The notes below the pieces were generated by a model, which worked only from the letters and a program-made list of their open reading frames with translations, searched no databases and was not told the origin of the DNA. The translations under genes were made by a program, and so were the position numbers. Below, piece by piece: positions 1 through 14,890 of a stretch of 64,000 nucleotides of DNA (the first letter of the stretch is position 1; each line of letters begins with the position of its first letter). The stretch is from Eledone cirrhosa (Eukaryota): contig CAXHJY010001058.1 of assembly GCA_964016885.1 (NCBI GenBank), forward strand, positions 1 to 64,000, given 5' to 3'.

Positions 1-465
<465 letters not shown>

Positions 466-786
466 GCGTATGTGTGTCTATTGTATATATATGATAGTCA
501 CTATGTGTCAGAGCATAGCGTATGTGTACATTATATATGTGTGTGTGAGTGTGCGTGTGTTTATGTACATGTGTTTGTCTCCGTATGTGTGTGTGTGTGT
601 ACGTATGTATGCCTCAATGTATGAATAAACGACTGTGTTTGAGTTTGAACTTCTTTACTAAGGATCTTTCATAATTTTTTTATTAGTACATAAACCAGTA
701 GAAGCTTTATACTTTGCAACATACTATAAATCTCACACAAAACACACTATCACTGCCATCAATATATTTCGATGGAAACATGGAAA

Positions 787-811
787 TATATATATATATA
801 TATATACATAA

Positions 812-844
<33 letters not shown>

Positions 845-862
845 AATATATATATACATATA

Positions 863-896
<34 letters not shown>

Positions 897-1016
897 TACA
901 TATATATATACATATATATATATATATACATATATATATATGTATATATGTATATATATATATATGTATGTATATATGTATATATATTTATATATATGTA
1001 TATATATATTTATATA

Positions 1017-1061
<45 letters not shown>

Positions 1062-1312
1062 GTATATATATATATATATATATACATATATATACATATA
1101 TATAAATATATACATATATATAAATATATATACATATATACATATATATATATGTATATATGTATATATGCATATATGTATATATGCATATATGTATATA
1201 TTTGCATATATATGTATATGTATGTATATATATGCATATGTATGTATATATATATATATGTATATATTTATGTATATACATATGCATATATATGTACATA
1301 TATATTCAAATG

Positions 1313-1399
<87 letters not shown>

Positions 1400-1410
1400 A
1401 TATATATATG

Positions 1411-1482
<72 letters not shown>

Positions 1483-1527
1483 CATATGCATATATATGTA
1501 CAATATATATTCATATGTATATATATA

Positions 1528-1590
<63 letters not shown>

Positions 1591-1663
1591 ATATATCTAT
1601 GTATGTATATATATCTATGTATGTGTATATATGTATATATGTATATATGTATATATATATATA
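787..1663. repeat. Degenerate (TA)n/(TATG)n/(TACA)n tract
   Basis: Directly visible; source of the YI-repeat ORFs. Confidence 0.95.
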
Positions 1664-1820
1664 GCTGTATGTGTGTATAAGAGAAGTAAACAAGGAAAAA
1701 TAAAACAGAACATTAATACAATACAATGATAATATATTAGTTTAACGCCCAATATCGCAGGAGAGGAGTCTTTAAGTGACGCTGGGCGTGGTTTGTATCA
1801 TGAATGTAGGCGGAAATGTC

Positions 1821-1868
<48 letters not shown>

Positions 1869-1899
1869 GCGTGTGTGTGTGCGCCTACATATATTCATA

Positions 1900-2108
1900 T
1901 TGTAAGGATTTCCTCCATGACTACTCCGAGTTTCCCCCTATTGGGTAATTTTTCTTGTATTTTATTGTTACTTTGTTATTGTTATTTATATTGTTTACAT
2001 GTTGTATATGTAAACCTCCACTGTCCCAGTCTTTGTATTGTCCCTATATATCGGCCTTTGTGGCCATTAAATGAAATCATCATCATTATTATTATTATTA
2101 TTATTATA
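1900..2108 (+). mobile_element. Probable 3' end of a LINE (CR1/L2-like 3' UTR with CAT/ATT tail)
   Basis: T-rich UTR, short hairpin ggcctttgtggcc, ATTAAA, then (CAT)n(TAT)n tail. Confidence 0.35.
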
Positions 2109-2249
2109 GTTACATTTATCTTGCTTTATGTTCATACGAGTTATCACCAAGTAACAACCAGTGACCTCAAGAGACAACAAGGTCCGCCATGTTCAAGGAC
2201 GAACATACATACACACACATGCATGTTTAGGTGTTTAGACTTGTGATGT

Positions 2250-2752
2250 ACTTATATTGACTGAATCTTCATTAGTATATGGGCAGTTCCCATTAGTACT
2301 ATCTTTTGTATTTCTCCTATACGCGGGTTTCCTGGGATTTGCGATAAGTAATCATTAGACCCCTTAGGTATCATTCCCAGAGCGCCTACAACGACTGGTA
2401 TTGTTTTAGTTCTCAATTTCCACATTTTTCCAATTTCTATCTCCAGGTCCTTACACTTGCTCAATTTTTCAAATGTTTTTATAGATACATTCTTGTCTAT
2501 TGGAACGGGCATATCAATTAGCAGGCATACCCTCTTTTTAAAGTCCTTCAATATTATATCAGGTCTATTTGCATCTATTTCCGGTCTGTTTGGATGCTAA
2601 AGTTCCACAAGATTGAGATGTGGTCTTTTTCAAGTATGGGAGGTGGTTGATGCTCCCACCAATTCTTTTGATGGGGCAGGTCAAAATGATTACACATTAT
2701 CCAATGTATGTATTGTGCAGCTCTGTCATGCCTGTTTAGGTATTCGGTTGGA
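2250..2752 (-). mobile_element. Non-LTR retrotransposon 3' fragment with restriction-like endonuclease (R4/Dong-like), decayed
   Basis: Minus-strand translation EYLNRHDRAAQYIHW...PDIIxKDFKKRVCLLIDMPVP...KLSKCKDLEIEI...IPVVVGALG...IQKIVLMGTAHIL; RHD and PD..D..K RLE motifs. Confidence 0.8.
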
Positions 2753-2774
2753 GCTATTATTATTATTATTATTA

Positions 2775-2963
2775 AGGGCAGTGAATTGGCAGTATCGGTA
2801 GAGGGTTGGACGCCATGCTTTCTAGCATAGTTACGTCCCCTTACGGTCTGAATTCAAATCCCGTCGAGGTTAACTTCGCCTTTCATCCTTACGAGGTCGA
2901 TAAAATAGAGTACCAGTAATATACTGAATAATTGCTGGCCTTGCGCCAAAAGTAGAAACAATT
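2775..2963 (+). mobile_element. tRNA-derived SINE
   Basis: A-box-like TGGCAGTATCGG, B-box-like xxTTCAAATCC, body shared with many copies in the window. Confidence 0.85.
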
Positions 2964-3236
2964 ATTTTATATATATATATATATATATAAACAGGATATC
3001 AGGGAAATGTAGGGAATTTGTTGAAGTTCGAAGAGATATTTAATATTTTATTATACAATAGAGACTGTTCTATATAAAAAAAATGTTTATTTGAAATTTA
3101 ACAAATATTGCCTAGTTTTTCTTGATATCTTCTTTATGTAATACTCCATCGACTACGTTGAGCACAATTAACTGCTAAATTTTCATAAATTTACATAAAC
3201 ATGAAATAGCCAACAAAATGCGGATACTTCTATTTC

Positions 3237-3306
<70 letters not shown>

Positions 3307-3556
3307 TATATACCCCATCCACCCTTTCCCGTTCCGTCCACTGTGTTGATGACACAACAGTCCGTACTGTAAGGTGGCCGTGTAGGAAACACGGTAAAAA
3401 ATCTTCCAGTATACACTGTAAATGTGGTTGGTGTTAGGAAAAAAAACATGACAGCGTGACTCGGTCTCCCGACCAATCAGGTTTCTAATGGAACAAAACC
3501 GTCAAATCCATGCTAGCGTGAAAGATGGACGTTGGATGATGATGATGATATATATA

Positions 3557-5433
3557 CAGTGGCGTAGCTAGGGTGTGGCAAGCAGGGCACATGCCACGGG
3601 CGCCATATTTAGGGCGGCGCAATTTCGACCTAGAACGATTTACATCCATGTCGTTTTTATCATTTTTAAAAATATAAGCCAAAAATGAAGCATGTGATTT
3701 CTTGATAGCCGACTTCCACGCCATGTCTAGTGCACTAGACATAGCAGATGTCTGATTTGACTTCACAAAAATGCCCCCCCCCTCCCCCCTCCACACTGAC
3801 AGCAGGGTGGGTTGCAATTATGCGGGTGCTATTTTTAGCTATACATTGCAAAACAGCGGATACCTCACTTGACCTCACAAAACCGCCCCCCGACCCCCAC
3901 ACTGACTGAGGGGACGTAGTTTTGGACGTGCAACTGGTGGACACACAGGCGCTATTTTTAGCAATGCATTGCAATGACTAATACAAGATAATTATAATTA
4001 TGAAGCTGGTTTACAAAACAGAGTAGTTTGTCTTTTACAACTGGTACATAAGACGTATAGAAAAGGTATCATAATCCAAATGGCCAGATAGGATCGGATA
4101 GTTTCTATTAGGAATTCAATTTGACTCCAGTTTAGATGGTTCAATGTTTTCTTCTATAATACAGTTCGTCAGAATTTACTAAATCGTATCCAAAAAGCAA
4201 GATACTATGGTCTGCTGATTGATTCGACCCCTGACCAGGCGCACCGAGAACAACTGTCAAAAGTTGTGCGATATGTCGATGTTGATTTCAATATGAAGAC
4301 GGTAGTTCTAAGGGAATCTTTTCTTGGATTCATTCATGTAATCAAAAAAGATGCTGCAAGCCTTGTTGAAACAATCGTGAAAGAGCTAGAAAGAGATGAC
4401 CTACCACTGCAGAACTGTCGATCGCAGTGCTACGACAATGCTGCCATAATGGCTGGGCACCGCAGTGGGGTTCAGCAGAGAATGAGAGAGAAGAAGAATT
4501 TGATTCACTTCGTTAATTGCGATAACTATTCACTTAATCTGGCTGGTCTTCATGCAGCCAAAAACGATTCTGCTATGATGAACTTTTTTCAGTTGCATTG
4601 ACTCGTTATACAACTTTTTTTCTCGTTCAACACGACGATGGGAAGCCCTTAAAGAAGTTGCTCCAGTGGTTGTTAAATATCCTTCCGACACGCGGTGGAG
4701 TGCTAGATGTACCGCAGTCAGACCGGTGGCGAATTACTTGACACTGATTGTTGAAATTCTCGAAAAAATTAGTGATGATGAAACAGAGACATGCGAGAGT
4801 AGAAGTGATGCCAGTAATCTCCATAATCGGAAACTGAGTTATGAATTCCTGAACTTGATTGGATTCTGGAACACGATTCTCTCACGAATTGACCGGGTTC
4901 AAAAGAGACCTCACGATCCAAGAATGAATTTTCACGATGCTGCAGCTGATATAGGAGCCCTTCAACTTTATTTTAAAGAAGAAGGAACATCCTTAATCCA
5001 CGAGTCTCTTGAAATGGGCTTCGACCTCTGCCAGAAATGGAATGTCGATTTTCCTAGGAGGCGAAGAAGATGACAAACCAATACCGAAATTACTGAGGAC
5101 GTCGAGGTGGCTGCCAGAAAAGAGATAGAGAGAGCAATGTAAAGTTCACTCAATCGTCTTCAAACAGAAATGGAAGAACGGTTTAGCTGAAGCTAATACA
5201 TTCGTATTTGCGAACCTCAATGCGCCAACAACGGCTGAATGACCTCGCCCTTTTGATTGTAGAAATCGAAGAGTTTGAACGAACTGATTTCGAGAAATTA
5301 TAAACCAGTTTGCCTCATTAAAAGCCCGAAAAATCAAGTTGTAACCGTCTTTTGTGGATCTTGACATTTTGATGGGAGGAGGTGAGCGTAATTTTGATGC
5401 TTGCCCTGGGCGCCGTTTACCGTAGCTACGCCA

Positions 5434-5436
<3 letters not shown>
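3557..5436 (+). mobile_element. hAT DNA transposon (ZMYM1-like transposase), internally deleted and disrupted
   Basis: 14-bp TIR CAGTGGCGTAGCTA (3557-3570 / 5423-5436), flanking TATATATA on both sides (8-bp TSD), transposase fragments inside. Confidence 0.9.
4160..5344 (+). pseudogene. hAT transposase remnant
   Basis: YYGLLIDSTPDQAHREQLSKVVRYVD, SQCYDNAAIMAG, FVNCDNYSLNL, SDTRWSAR, C-terminal FASLKARK; stops and frameshifts (ORFs 4266-4601, 4666-5073). Confidence 0.85.
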
Positions 5437-5480
<44 letters not shown>

Positions 5481-5481
<1 letters not shown>

Positions 5482-5986
5482 TAGCCGAATTACCCGTGCC
5501 TTGCTGCGTTTCACATATTTTTTTTGGTAAGAAAATGATGATTGATTTTAAATTAGTGATATAATTTATGGAGAAAAACTCTGCATTTCAATATTACTCA
5601 ATGTAAAATGTAATGCATGAATAATTGGAAAACATTATTTTTTGTAATATATCAAATCAAAATTATATTATTAAATCTTATACTTATTTTGTTTCTTGTA
5701 AACAATTTTTTTCAAAATATCAATTCAAAACTTTTGTGAATAGGCATCATATCTTGTCATTTACCTATGGTCTAAATTTCATATAAATCGAAGGGAAAAC
5801 ATTTTCAGTGGGGGTTTGTGCTCCCAGCGAACCCTTTGATTAAAATGAAATATACTTATCCAAGTACCCTGGGCAATGTAGTTTCATAATATATATTGTT
5901 ATGGGGATCTATCTCCAAACCATAGGAGGAGTTCAGAAACAAAGAAACAAAGAAACAGACAGGAACTACAACTTTATATATATAGA
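5481..5986 (-). mobile_element. Non-autonomous Helitron
   Basis: Minus strand starts 5'-TC (5986), ends CTAG-3' (5481) after a GC-rich subterminal segment; inserted between A and T within (TA)n; (AGAAACAA)n near the 5' end. Confidence 0.65.
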
Positions 5987-6502
5987 TATATCTATGTAAG
6001 GTATAATGTTGTAAGTGGTATGTGAAGTAAGGCTAAACAATACAAAATGAATGGTAAGATGAAGACAACGATTAAGTTGGTAATCTATGTTTGTTCAGTT
6101 ATTGTTTGTTTGTTTTTTTTTTATTTCAAAGCGACTAGACCGGAACGATTTTTCTGTGAGAATTCCTTATACGAAGAGAATTTTATGTCCCGAAATACTA
6201 GGACGAAAGAAACAACAGAAACAACAAAAACAACAACAAAATAATAAAAAATAAAGATTACCGCGTAACTAATTTTTCGTTGTATTCCTCTTACCACCCA
6301 TTTTGCATTGTTTAGCGTTCTTACGTATATTACTTTCCACATTATATATCATATACAATGCTTCAAGTAAACTACATTTTATTATATATTTAATGCTTAA
6401 GTTGTGAACCATATTACTCTGGAGGATCACCAGACAATACTGCGGCATTCAGTACTTTTTTTCATGTCCGTCAATAATACACGGAGATATATATATATAT
6501 AT

Positions 6503-7380
6503 AATCATCATCATTTTACATCCGCTTTTCCCTGCTTGCAAGGGTGGGACGGGTCCTATTTAGCACAGCATCTCTCCACTTGTCACGGTCCTTCGTCATC
6601 TCCTCCGTGAGTTTCAGCGATCTGAGGTCTGCTCTCACCACCTCCGCCCATGTTTTTCGTGGTCTACCTCTACTGCGTCTTCCTTCTACTGGGATTTCTT
6701 AGCACTTCTTTGCCCAGCGGTCATCCTCCACGCGCATCACATGTCCATACCATCTCAGTCTTCTCTCCTGCACACAACTTATCCTTCTTATACCCAGTTT
6801 CTTTCTCAACTCGTCTATGCTTGGTCGTTCACGCACATTGACATTCTCTCCAGCCGTCGCATATCCTCTGCAGTTGCTGCCCATGTCTCACTACCATGCA
6901 GCATCACGCATCTCACACAGGCATCATATAACCGTCTTTTTGTACGCAGGGAAAAACCCTTCTTTGTCAACAGAGGAAGCAGCTCCCTAAACTTCTTCCA
7001 ACCCGTCCTTATTCTAGAAACTGTGGCCTCGGAACACCCTCCTCCCATGCTAATCTGATCACCTAGGTACCGGAAGCTATCAACCACTTCTATAGAACCC
7101 ACCTGCATTGGAAAAATGTGTCTATCACTGCAATTACTACTGCCAACTTTCCCTGTACATCTACATTTTCCCAACCTGTTAGTTTGCCTGCTATCCTACT
7201 ACATCTCTTGTGTCCCCAAGATGTGCATTGCGTACATTTTAAGGAATTTATGCCAGTTCCTTTCCTACATATCGAACATGGTCATTTCTCTGATGGAATC
7301 AGAGTATTGTCCTCTCTTCTACTTATCAACACTTTTGTCTTAGCTATGTTCTCTCTTAGTCCGCTTGATTCCAATCAAAC
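6503..7380 (-). mobile_element. RTE-clade LINE, 5'-truncated 3' fragment
   Basis: VDSFRYLGDQI...SRIRTGWKKFREL...MLHGSETWA...RRLRWYGHVMR; (ATG)n tail at 6503-6512. Confidence 0.85.
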
Positions 7381-7449
<69 letters not shown>

Positions 7450-7451
<2 letters not shown>

Positions 7452-7826
7452 CCAAAAGTTAAACAAGGTTCATTGATTAATCAATGAATATAATTTTACA
7501 ATAAATTAGAAGCACTCAACAGAGGGTTTTCTGGAGTTATTAATATTAATTCAAAATATTAATAACTATAGACATTCATGTAATCAAATATATTTTATTA
7601 TATATATTTTGGAGGTACTGTGCTGTTTCCTCAGTACGTCCTCATCAGATAAAATATTCAAGACTGGAATTGAACCATCAGCACAATTGAGGTATGTCAT
7701 ACATCAATTTATATATTTTATCTGATGAGGACGTACTGAGGAAACAGCACAGTACCTCCGAAATATATATAATAAAATATATTTGATTACATGAATGTCT
7801 ATATTTATTAATATTTTGAATTAATA
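7450..7826. mobile_element. Fold-back non-coding element with hammerhead ribozyme (Penelope pLTR/retrozyme-like); same family at 63697-63955
   Basis: Inverted arms, both ends in (TA)n; HHR core on both strands. Confidence 0.75.
7711..7782 (+). ncRNA. Type I hammerhead ribozyme
   Basis: helix I atatattttat/ataaaatatat; CTGATGA 7722-7728; helix II ggacgtactg/cagtacctcc; GAAA 7760-7763; palindromic helix III tatata; AUA site. The mirror copy at about 7588-7657 has GAAA mutated to AAAA. Confidence 0.75.
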
Positions 7827-8088
7827 TATATATATATATATATAAATTAATAAAGTAATGAATAAACAAAGAAACAGTTCCTTATATTAAAAAAATTCAT
7901 CATTTTACGATCGTTTCTAGGATATCTAGATTTATCTACATATCTACATATCTAGATTTATCTACATATATATATAATTAGTTTGAGTAAAATTACTAGT
8001 TTTCTCCAGTGGTAAACCACCAAACTTGAGTATGTATATGTATATATATATATATATATTCAAGTCGGAGCCGATTGATTAAAACTTG

Positions 8089-8188
<100 letters not shown>

Positions 8189-8236
8189 ACGTAAAATAAG
8201 AAAATTTTAAAAATTAAAAATAAACTTACTTACTAA

Positions 8237-8273
<37 letters not shown>

Positions 8274-8817
8274 ACAAGTTTTAATCAATCGACTCCGGCC
8301 TTGACAAAGTACCGCCTTCAGTGTAGCATCTATTTAATCGATCACCTCTTATCGAATTGCTAAGTTACATTATTGATATAAAGAGATACAATTCAACACG
8401 TTGGTTTCCATAAACACACACAATCACGTACACGCATGAACAGACAAACACATACATACATGATGGCTGTAACTCGATTTCAATTAATGCCATCGCTTGA
8501 TACTTAAGTACGAGCATCACAGACGTGGTTTTTTAGTCCTGCTTGGACTTGTTTATGGCCAGCAATGCCATGCATCACAAAATATGTCATATATCAAGCG
8601 ATGCCTGAGCTTGAAGCTTTTTTAAAAGAGAAAATGCTTTTCACTGTGCCAGTCACACTCTCTGAACATCGAATGTATTTGTCCAAAAAGAAGAACTGGT
8701 CGACATTATTGGATGCAAACGCAGTCGCAGGTTTTATATGAGAGTTGCCTTCTCCTAAGAGATATCTTAATGAAGACTAGGAGTCTCTCACTACACAAAA
8801 ATAAAATGATAATAATA

Positions 8818-9180
8818 ATTGTTTCTACTTTTGGCACAAGGCCATAAATTATCCCAGTGCATTACTGGTACTTTATTTTATCGACCCCGTAAGGATGAAA
8901 GGCAAAGTTAACCTCGGCGGGATTTGAACTCAGATCATAAAGAGCCGTATCTCTATGCTGCAAAGCATGGCGTCCGACCTTCTACCGATACTACCAAAAT
9001 AATAATAATTGTTTCTACTTTCGGCACAAGGCCAGCAATTACCCAGTGTGCTTCTGGTACTTTATTTTTATCGACCCCGTAAGGATGAAATGCAAAGTTA
9101 ACCTCGGCGGGATTTGAACTCAAGGGCCGTAACTCTATGCGTCAAAGCATAGCGTCCGACCCTCTACCGACACTGTCAAT
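8818..9180 (-). mobile_element. Two tandem tRNA-derived SINE copies
   Basis: Reverse complement of the SINE consensus at 8818-8996 and 9008-9180. Confidence 0.85.
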
Positions 9181-9289
9181 GTGCGGGTATAATTTCAACG
9201 ACAGTGTTACTAAATAAGGAACGTGATAAATTTCTTAATTTTGTAAAAACATTTTCTTAACGAACAGCTATGAATATACATTTGACTTT

Positions 9290-10431
9290 GGTAAACCTTA
9301 AATTTCACGTCGGAAATGAAATTTATTTTCATTTTTGATACATTAAAAAATATTGTTGTTTATCTGAATACAAAAAATGGTCGCTCTACGTTAGTTGATG
9401 ATGTTTTGGATACAAATGACATCCTTAATGAGAATATTACACTTCTTACTTTTATACCTGCGATACACGGTGACAATCTGTCTGTGTTACAGTAGCTGGC
9501 GAGACGGCGATTGGTGGCAAACGTCCTGTTTGTAATGAAGCGTGCACATTAAACCGCTGTTCTGATGGTCACGAGAAATGAAGATGGCGATGCAACCGCG
9601 ACAATTTCTGTCAATCAGTGCGACATAATTGTTTTTTTTCAAGGAAGCCATGTGCCACTCGATCACCTTATTTTTATTTTATTACATGTGGTGCTACAAT
9701 TATACACAAGCTCAGATAATTCGAGAAACGGGAGTCTCCGAACCGACAATTATTGACTGGTGTAATTTTATTCGAGAAATTTGCGAGCAATATTTGGAGG
9801 AAAATCCCCAACAACTTGGAGGCTTCGATGACAATGGTGAGTCCATCATTGTCGAGATCGACGAGAGCAAATACTTCCATAGAAAGTATCATCGTGGCCA
9901 GTGGAGACAAGACCACTGAGTCTTTGGCGCTGTTGAACGCCATTCGGGACGCTGCTGCCTTGTAGAAGTCCTAAATCGACCCATGACACTCTCCTCCCCA
10001 TTATTCAACATTGGATTTTGCCAGGCAGCCGCATCATCTCCGACGGTTGGGCTTCGTATGCTGAACTGGATCAAATTGAAGGTGAGATTTACGTTCATGA
10101 TGTTGTTGTGTACGGACGGAACTTTATAGATCCTGCGGACCCTGAAGTACACACCCAGCTAATAGAGAACACGTGGATGCGTGCAAAGAAGAAGCTTCGT
10201 CGCCAGCATGGTACCAGCGCTGGTTTATTTCAATCGTATATTAAAGAATTTCTTTGGCGGCAGAGTGTTGATGCCAACAAGTTTGGCGAGATGATATACT
10301 GCATTGGAGCAATTTATATGGTGCAATAAACGTTTCAATATGTTATTTTTTTGTTTCAACACACACAAAATGAAAATAAATACGCGAAAATAAAATAAAT
10401 TTCATTTCCGGCGTGAAACTTAAGGTTTACC
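9290..10431 (+). mobile_element. Merlin (IS1595/ISXO2-like) DNA transposon, disrupted
   Basis: About 40-bp TIRs GGTAAACCTTAA(A/G)TTTCACG(T/C)CGGAAATGAAATTTATTTT; TSD TTTGACTTT/TTTGACTTC; transposase VEIDESKYFHRKYHRG, IISDGWASY, VHTQLIENTW, FQSYIKEFLWR. Confidence 0.9.
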
Positions 10432-10977
10432 TTTGACTTCATCACCATAACATTCTTTCTCATCTCCAAACATATATAAATAATCAAATACAAATTTTAA
10501 TTAAGGTGTTACACTTACGATCGTAATGTCGTGACTTCGATTCCTAGATCTTGAACATGACGCTTCATTTCTCGTTACTTTTCAGGATAGGATTGAGACC
10601 CATATCACTAACACACACAAGAAAGCTCCTTTCTTTGAATACAATCTCGTAAAAGATTACCTAAACTTGCATAAATATATGCTGTAAATTGCATTTGTTC
10701 TTTTTCATACAAAACTATTAAGGTCTGCGGTTAGCCATGTTTATCTCGCATAAATAAAACGAAAAGGAGATAAAAAAATAATAAAAAAACTAAAAGACAC
10801 TAGTTTCCATCCGATATTGTTCAAATTTGATTCAAAGGTTATTTAGCTCTCGGAGAATGTCAACATATAGTTGAAATCTTTTTCTCTCCCAAAAATAGCA
10901 GAGTTCTGGGGCTATTCAAAGTTGGCTCTGTTGATGAAAGAGGGATGGTGGTCGTTATTTACAGTGGCGAAAGGTGT

Positions 10978-11005
10978 TCCCGGCAACGATGGGCTCTTTT
11001 GCTAG
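10978..11005 (+). mobile_element. Probable Helitron 3' terminus
   Basis: cccggcaacgatggg hairpin followed by CTAG|T; 5' end not located. Confidence 0.4.
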
Positions 11006-11539
11006 TTCGTCATAAATTTATTTATTAATAACAAATCTCCTGGTGTAGAAGACGCTTTTTTTTATTTTCCAAATATAACTTTGTAAAGTTTAATCAGCGT
11101 CTTGGAGACCAAAGGATACGTTTATCATAAGCCTAACTTTATTTTCAAAATTTAGCAACTCAAAATGACGCTAGAGCGTTTTAGACGCCGGGATATACGG
11201 TAAATCTTAATAAATCTAATTCTCACTTTATTAAAATTTTCCTTCATTGAGACAGAAGATGTAGCCAAAAATCTAATGGCAATTGTTAGCATCTCTGAAT
11301 AAAATGGGGAGACTATTTCAAGAAAAAATACAGGTAACACGCTTAGGACAAAAAATCAGATTGGAGGAAGTTTCTGCTTTATAAAATATACTCACAGAAC
11401 TTTGGCCACACCGAGGAAAGGGTGACCTCGTTGGCAATTCTTAATCACACGCAATGTATGTGGATGTGTGTTTGCTTGGTTACGTACGCGCGCGCGCGTG
11501 TGTCTATATTTACGTCCGTATCTGTGTTTCTAGGAGAGG

Positions 11540-11712
11540 GAAACTCTGAAAAAAAAACCTGCGGCTTTGGAAACATCCGATGATGTTGACCAGTTGTCCT
11601 TTTCGGGTAGTGTTTTCGATGCTCAGAGAGTGGGATTGGTCGAGTGAGTGCAAGGCCTTTCTCCACTTAAAAATGTTCAAAGCACAGGCATTGCTTGTTC
11701 AGGATATGTTAC
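11540..11712. repeat. Interspersed repeat, inverted homologue at about 15115-15285 (RTE 5'-UTR/SINE-like)
   Basis: gggtagtgttttcgatgctcagagagtgggatt matches the reverse complement near 15175-15210. Confidence 0.6.
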
Positions 11713-12149
11713 AGGTTTGCGATTATAGTATTCTTGGCAGAATTTGCAGTGATCATCTGTGTTTATGTATTGTAACTTGACGGTTCGACAAAAAGAAATC
11801 AATAAAATATGACCAGACTTAGAGAAATAATTGGAGGCGTCAATGTGATTGACTAAATCAAGGCAATGCTCCAGCATGGCAGCAGTCTAATGACTGAAAC
11901 CATTAAAAGAGTAAAAACTATTTTAAAGCATATATAATCACTTCTCACTCTCGAACACACATTCACACCTATGTTAAGTGCTGAAGATTGGTAAACAAGG
12001 AATAATGGCATGATGGTGTAATGATGGTGGATGAGGGAGAAGGAGTTATTTCAAATCTACATTATTGATTTCATATAAAACTACTCTCGTCTCGCCGTCT
12101 CTGATAATGTATGTAATGTTCGACCTGAGAGGGCTATTTGTTTAATTTG

Positions 12150-12530
<381 letters not shown>

Positions 12531-13201
12531 ATTAATCAATAAATAGTACTGATACATAGAGTATTTTGGGGGGGATTTGAAAATATAAGGTAAAACGTTT
12601 TAATAAACATACAATTTAGCTTCGCTGTAAACAACAAACAAGTGGGCGAAAATAAGAATTGATCGGGTTAGTTCCTGCTTTTTTAAAACAATACGCTATA
12701 AATAGCTGCTAACCTCTTTCGTGGGTGGAAATAGTTACTATTATAAAATAGAAATTAATGAGAAATGTCCAATTTTTTGCCCACGTAGAGATAAAACTCT
12801 GGCTGAATTGCATTCATTCAAACATACATATTTACATATATGCATATATATATATATATACATGCATACATACACACACACATACAAACATACATAAATA
12901 TATAAATATATAAATACATACGTACATAGATACATACATACATACATACATAAGTACGTACATACATTCATGCTTACATACATAAACACATACATACGCA
13001 CATACATACATGGTGACTGCCCCCTCGTTATCGAGTATGGTCATTGCACGAAAAAAAACATAATAAAAACAATAATGACAATAATAATAATAATAATAAT
13101 TGTTTCTACTTTTGGCACAAGGCCAGCAAATTTACAGTGTATTACTGGTACTTTATAATAATAATAATAATAAATATATATATATATATATATATATACT
13201 G

Positions 13202-13228
<27 letters not shown>

Positions 13229-13232
<4 letters not shown>

Positions 13233-14659
13233 ATACTTTGGGAGGGTTATGTTGCCAATAAGAAACACACGCACCAGTTGCTTTCACTCCAATTTATTAT
13301 AAGTTAAATTTATAAATTTCCGGTTGGTTGGTTGGTTGGTTCCACAACCGGGTGGTTGTTCATATATTGTCAAAGTTCTTTCGTCAGACATTCTGTGACC
13401 TCTTCAGTGACTGGTGATTCTTTTCTTTGTTTTTGTGCCTCTCCTTTGTTCTGTACTACGCCATCTTGTTTTGTGTGTGTTGTGTGCTTAGTTTGCGCAT
13501 GTGTTACATCCGGGTGTCTGTGTGTGTTTATATTTGTTTATTTATTTGTTTATTTACATGTTACTGGTTGGTTGATTGTTCTATGTGTGTGTGTGTTTTC
13601 ATTTTGTCCTTAATTGTAAGTTGTGATGTTGCTATTCCATTCATGTTTTCTATTTAATTTTGGTTGAAGTTCATTTATGTTTATTGCCTCTGTGATTTGT
13701 CTAAACATTGGGTCTTTTCTGTATGTAGATTCTATTTTTATTTCTATGTTCTCTAATTTACCCTTATGTTCTATTTTATCATGTTGGTGGAGTACAGATG
13801 ATTCTGTTTTATCTCGCCAGTGTTCATTTATCCGTTCTCCTATACTACGAGCTGTCTCACCCATGTACCCTATATTCTTATCTCTACATCGTCCTTCAGT
13901 ACATCTTATGCTATATACTACATTACTAGTTTTACAGTGAATATGGGGGCTTAGTTTACAGATTATACATTTCTTATCTATACAGGGAGGTCTTTGAAAA
14001 GGGTATGTATTGTTAATAAGTGTTTTATGGAGGTACCTGGTCTTTCTACTATCTTAATATTGAGTTTATGTTTATCTAGGGCCCTTCTAAATTTGTAAGC
14101 TAATTCACCTATAGGGGTTGTATTGATGAACATTACACTCTGGTATTTATTGCTATCATAACATGAGTTTATTCTATTAACCTTATTCCTAGTTCTTTCC
14201 ATTCTATTCCAAAATTTGCTCCTATACAAGGGGCAGGTCCCATTTGTATCATTATTTACCATTTTTTCCTATTTGGTTCTGGCTCCTCTATATACTCTGA
14301 TTTTATCTCTCTGATTGTAACTAGAGAACTGCATACGGTGGATGAAGTGTTGTTTGTGTGTCTCTAGTTCTTTGGGGTTGCACATACGGGACTCGTTTCT
14401 CATCACCCGTACCAAATCCGCAATCAGTATGTTGATTTTAGTGTGGTCCGAAACAGCTGAGTTTCGGTGGATCAGATATTTGGAAGTCATGGGTTTGGTG
14501 GCATAATGGGAATGGAGGATTTGTTTTTTGTTATTAATGGTTTCTAACCAGAGCTCTGTGTCTAGTACAGGTAATCTAGTACAGGTAATCCCAAAGCATA
14601 ACAATATCGGTTTCAACACACGTTTTCAAATAAAGAATCTTGCTAAACAAATTCAGAAA

Positions 14660-14660
<1 letters not shown>
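13229..14660 (-). mobile_element. Penelope-like retroelement, 5'-truncated: RT C-terminus, Cys linker, GIY-YIG endonuclease, 3' UTR with HHR, short inverted 3' terminus at 14590-14660
   Basis: [10 protein letters not shown]...[10 protein letters not shown]...SSYNQRD; VVYSIRC...YMGETARSIGERINEH...SVLHQH...RQITEAINI...LNRKHEW; both ends in (TA)n. Confidence 0.9.
13369..13411 (-). ncRNA. Minimal type I hammerhead ribozyme in Penelope 3' UTR
   Basis: gtca-CTGAAGA-g-gtcacagaatgtctgac-GAAA-gaac-TT-tgac; helix I gtca/tgac; sister copy at 63091-63133. Confidence 0.7.
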
Positions 14661-14661
<1 letters not shown>

Positions 14662-14694
<33 letters not shown>

Positions 14695-14710
14695 TATGTA
14701 TGTGTGTGTA

Positions 14711-14744
<34 letters not shown>

Positions 14745-14839
14745 CACACACACACATACATATCTATATATACATATACACATACATATACATACACACA
14801 TACACATACATACATAGATACATACATACATACATACAT

Positions 14840-14890
<51 letters not shown>

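Noticed and set aside
707-1729. Long YI/IY-repeat ORFs (also 33902-35352, 46181-46704, 50336-51611)
   Set aside because: Translations of (TA)n-type microsatellites, which lack stops in all frames
2775-2870. tRNA genes at SINE heads
   Set aside because: A/B boxes are present, but there is no cloverleaf and they are always followed by the SINE body
7903-7930. Minus-strand GAAAcgatcgTA half-hammerhead (similar half motif at about 63470-63490)
   Set aside because: No CUGANGA half found; truncated, so not called as a ribozyme
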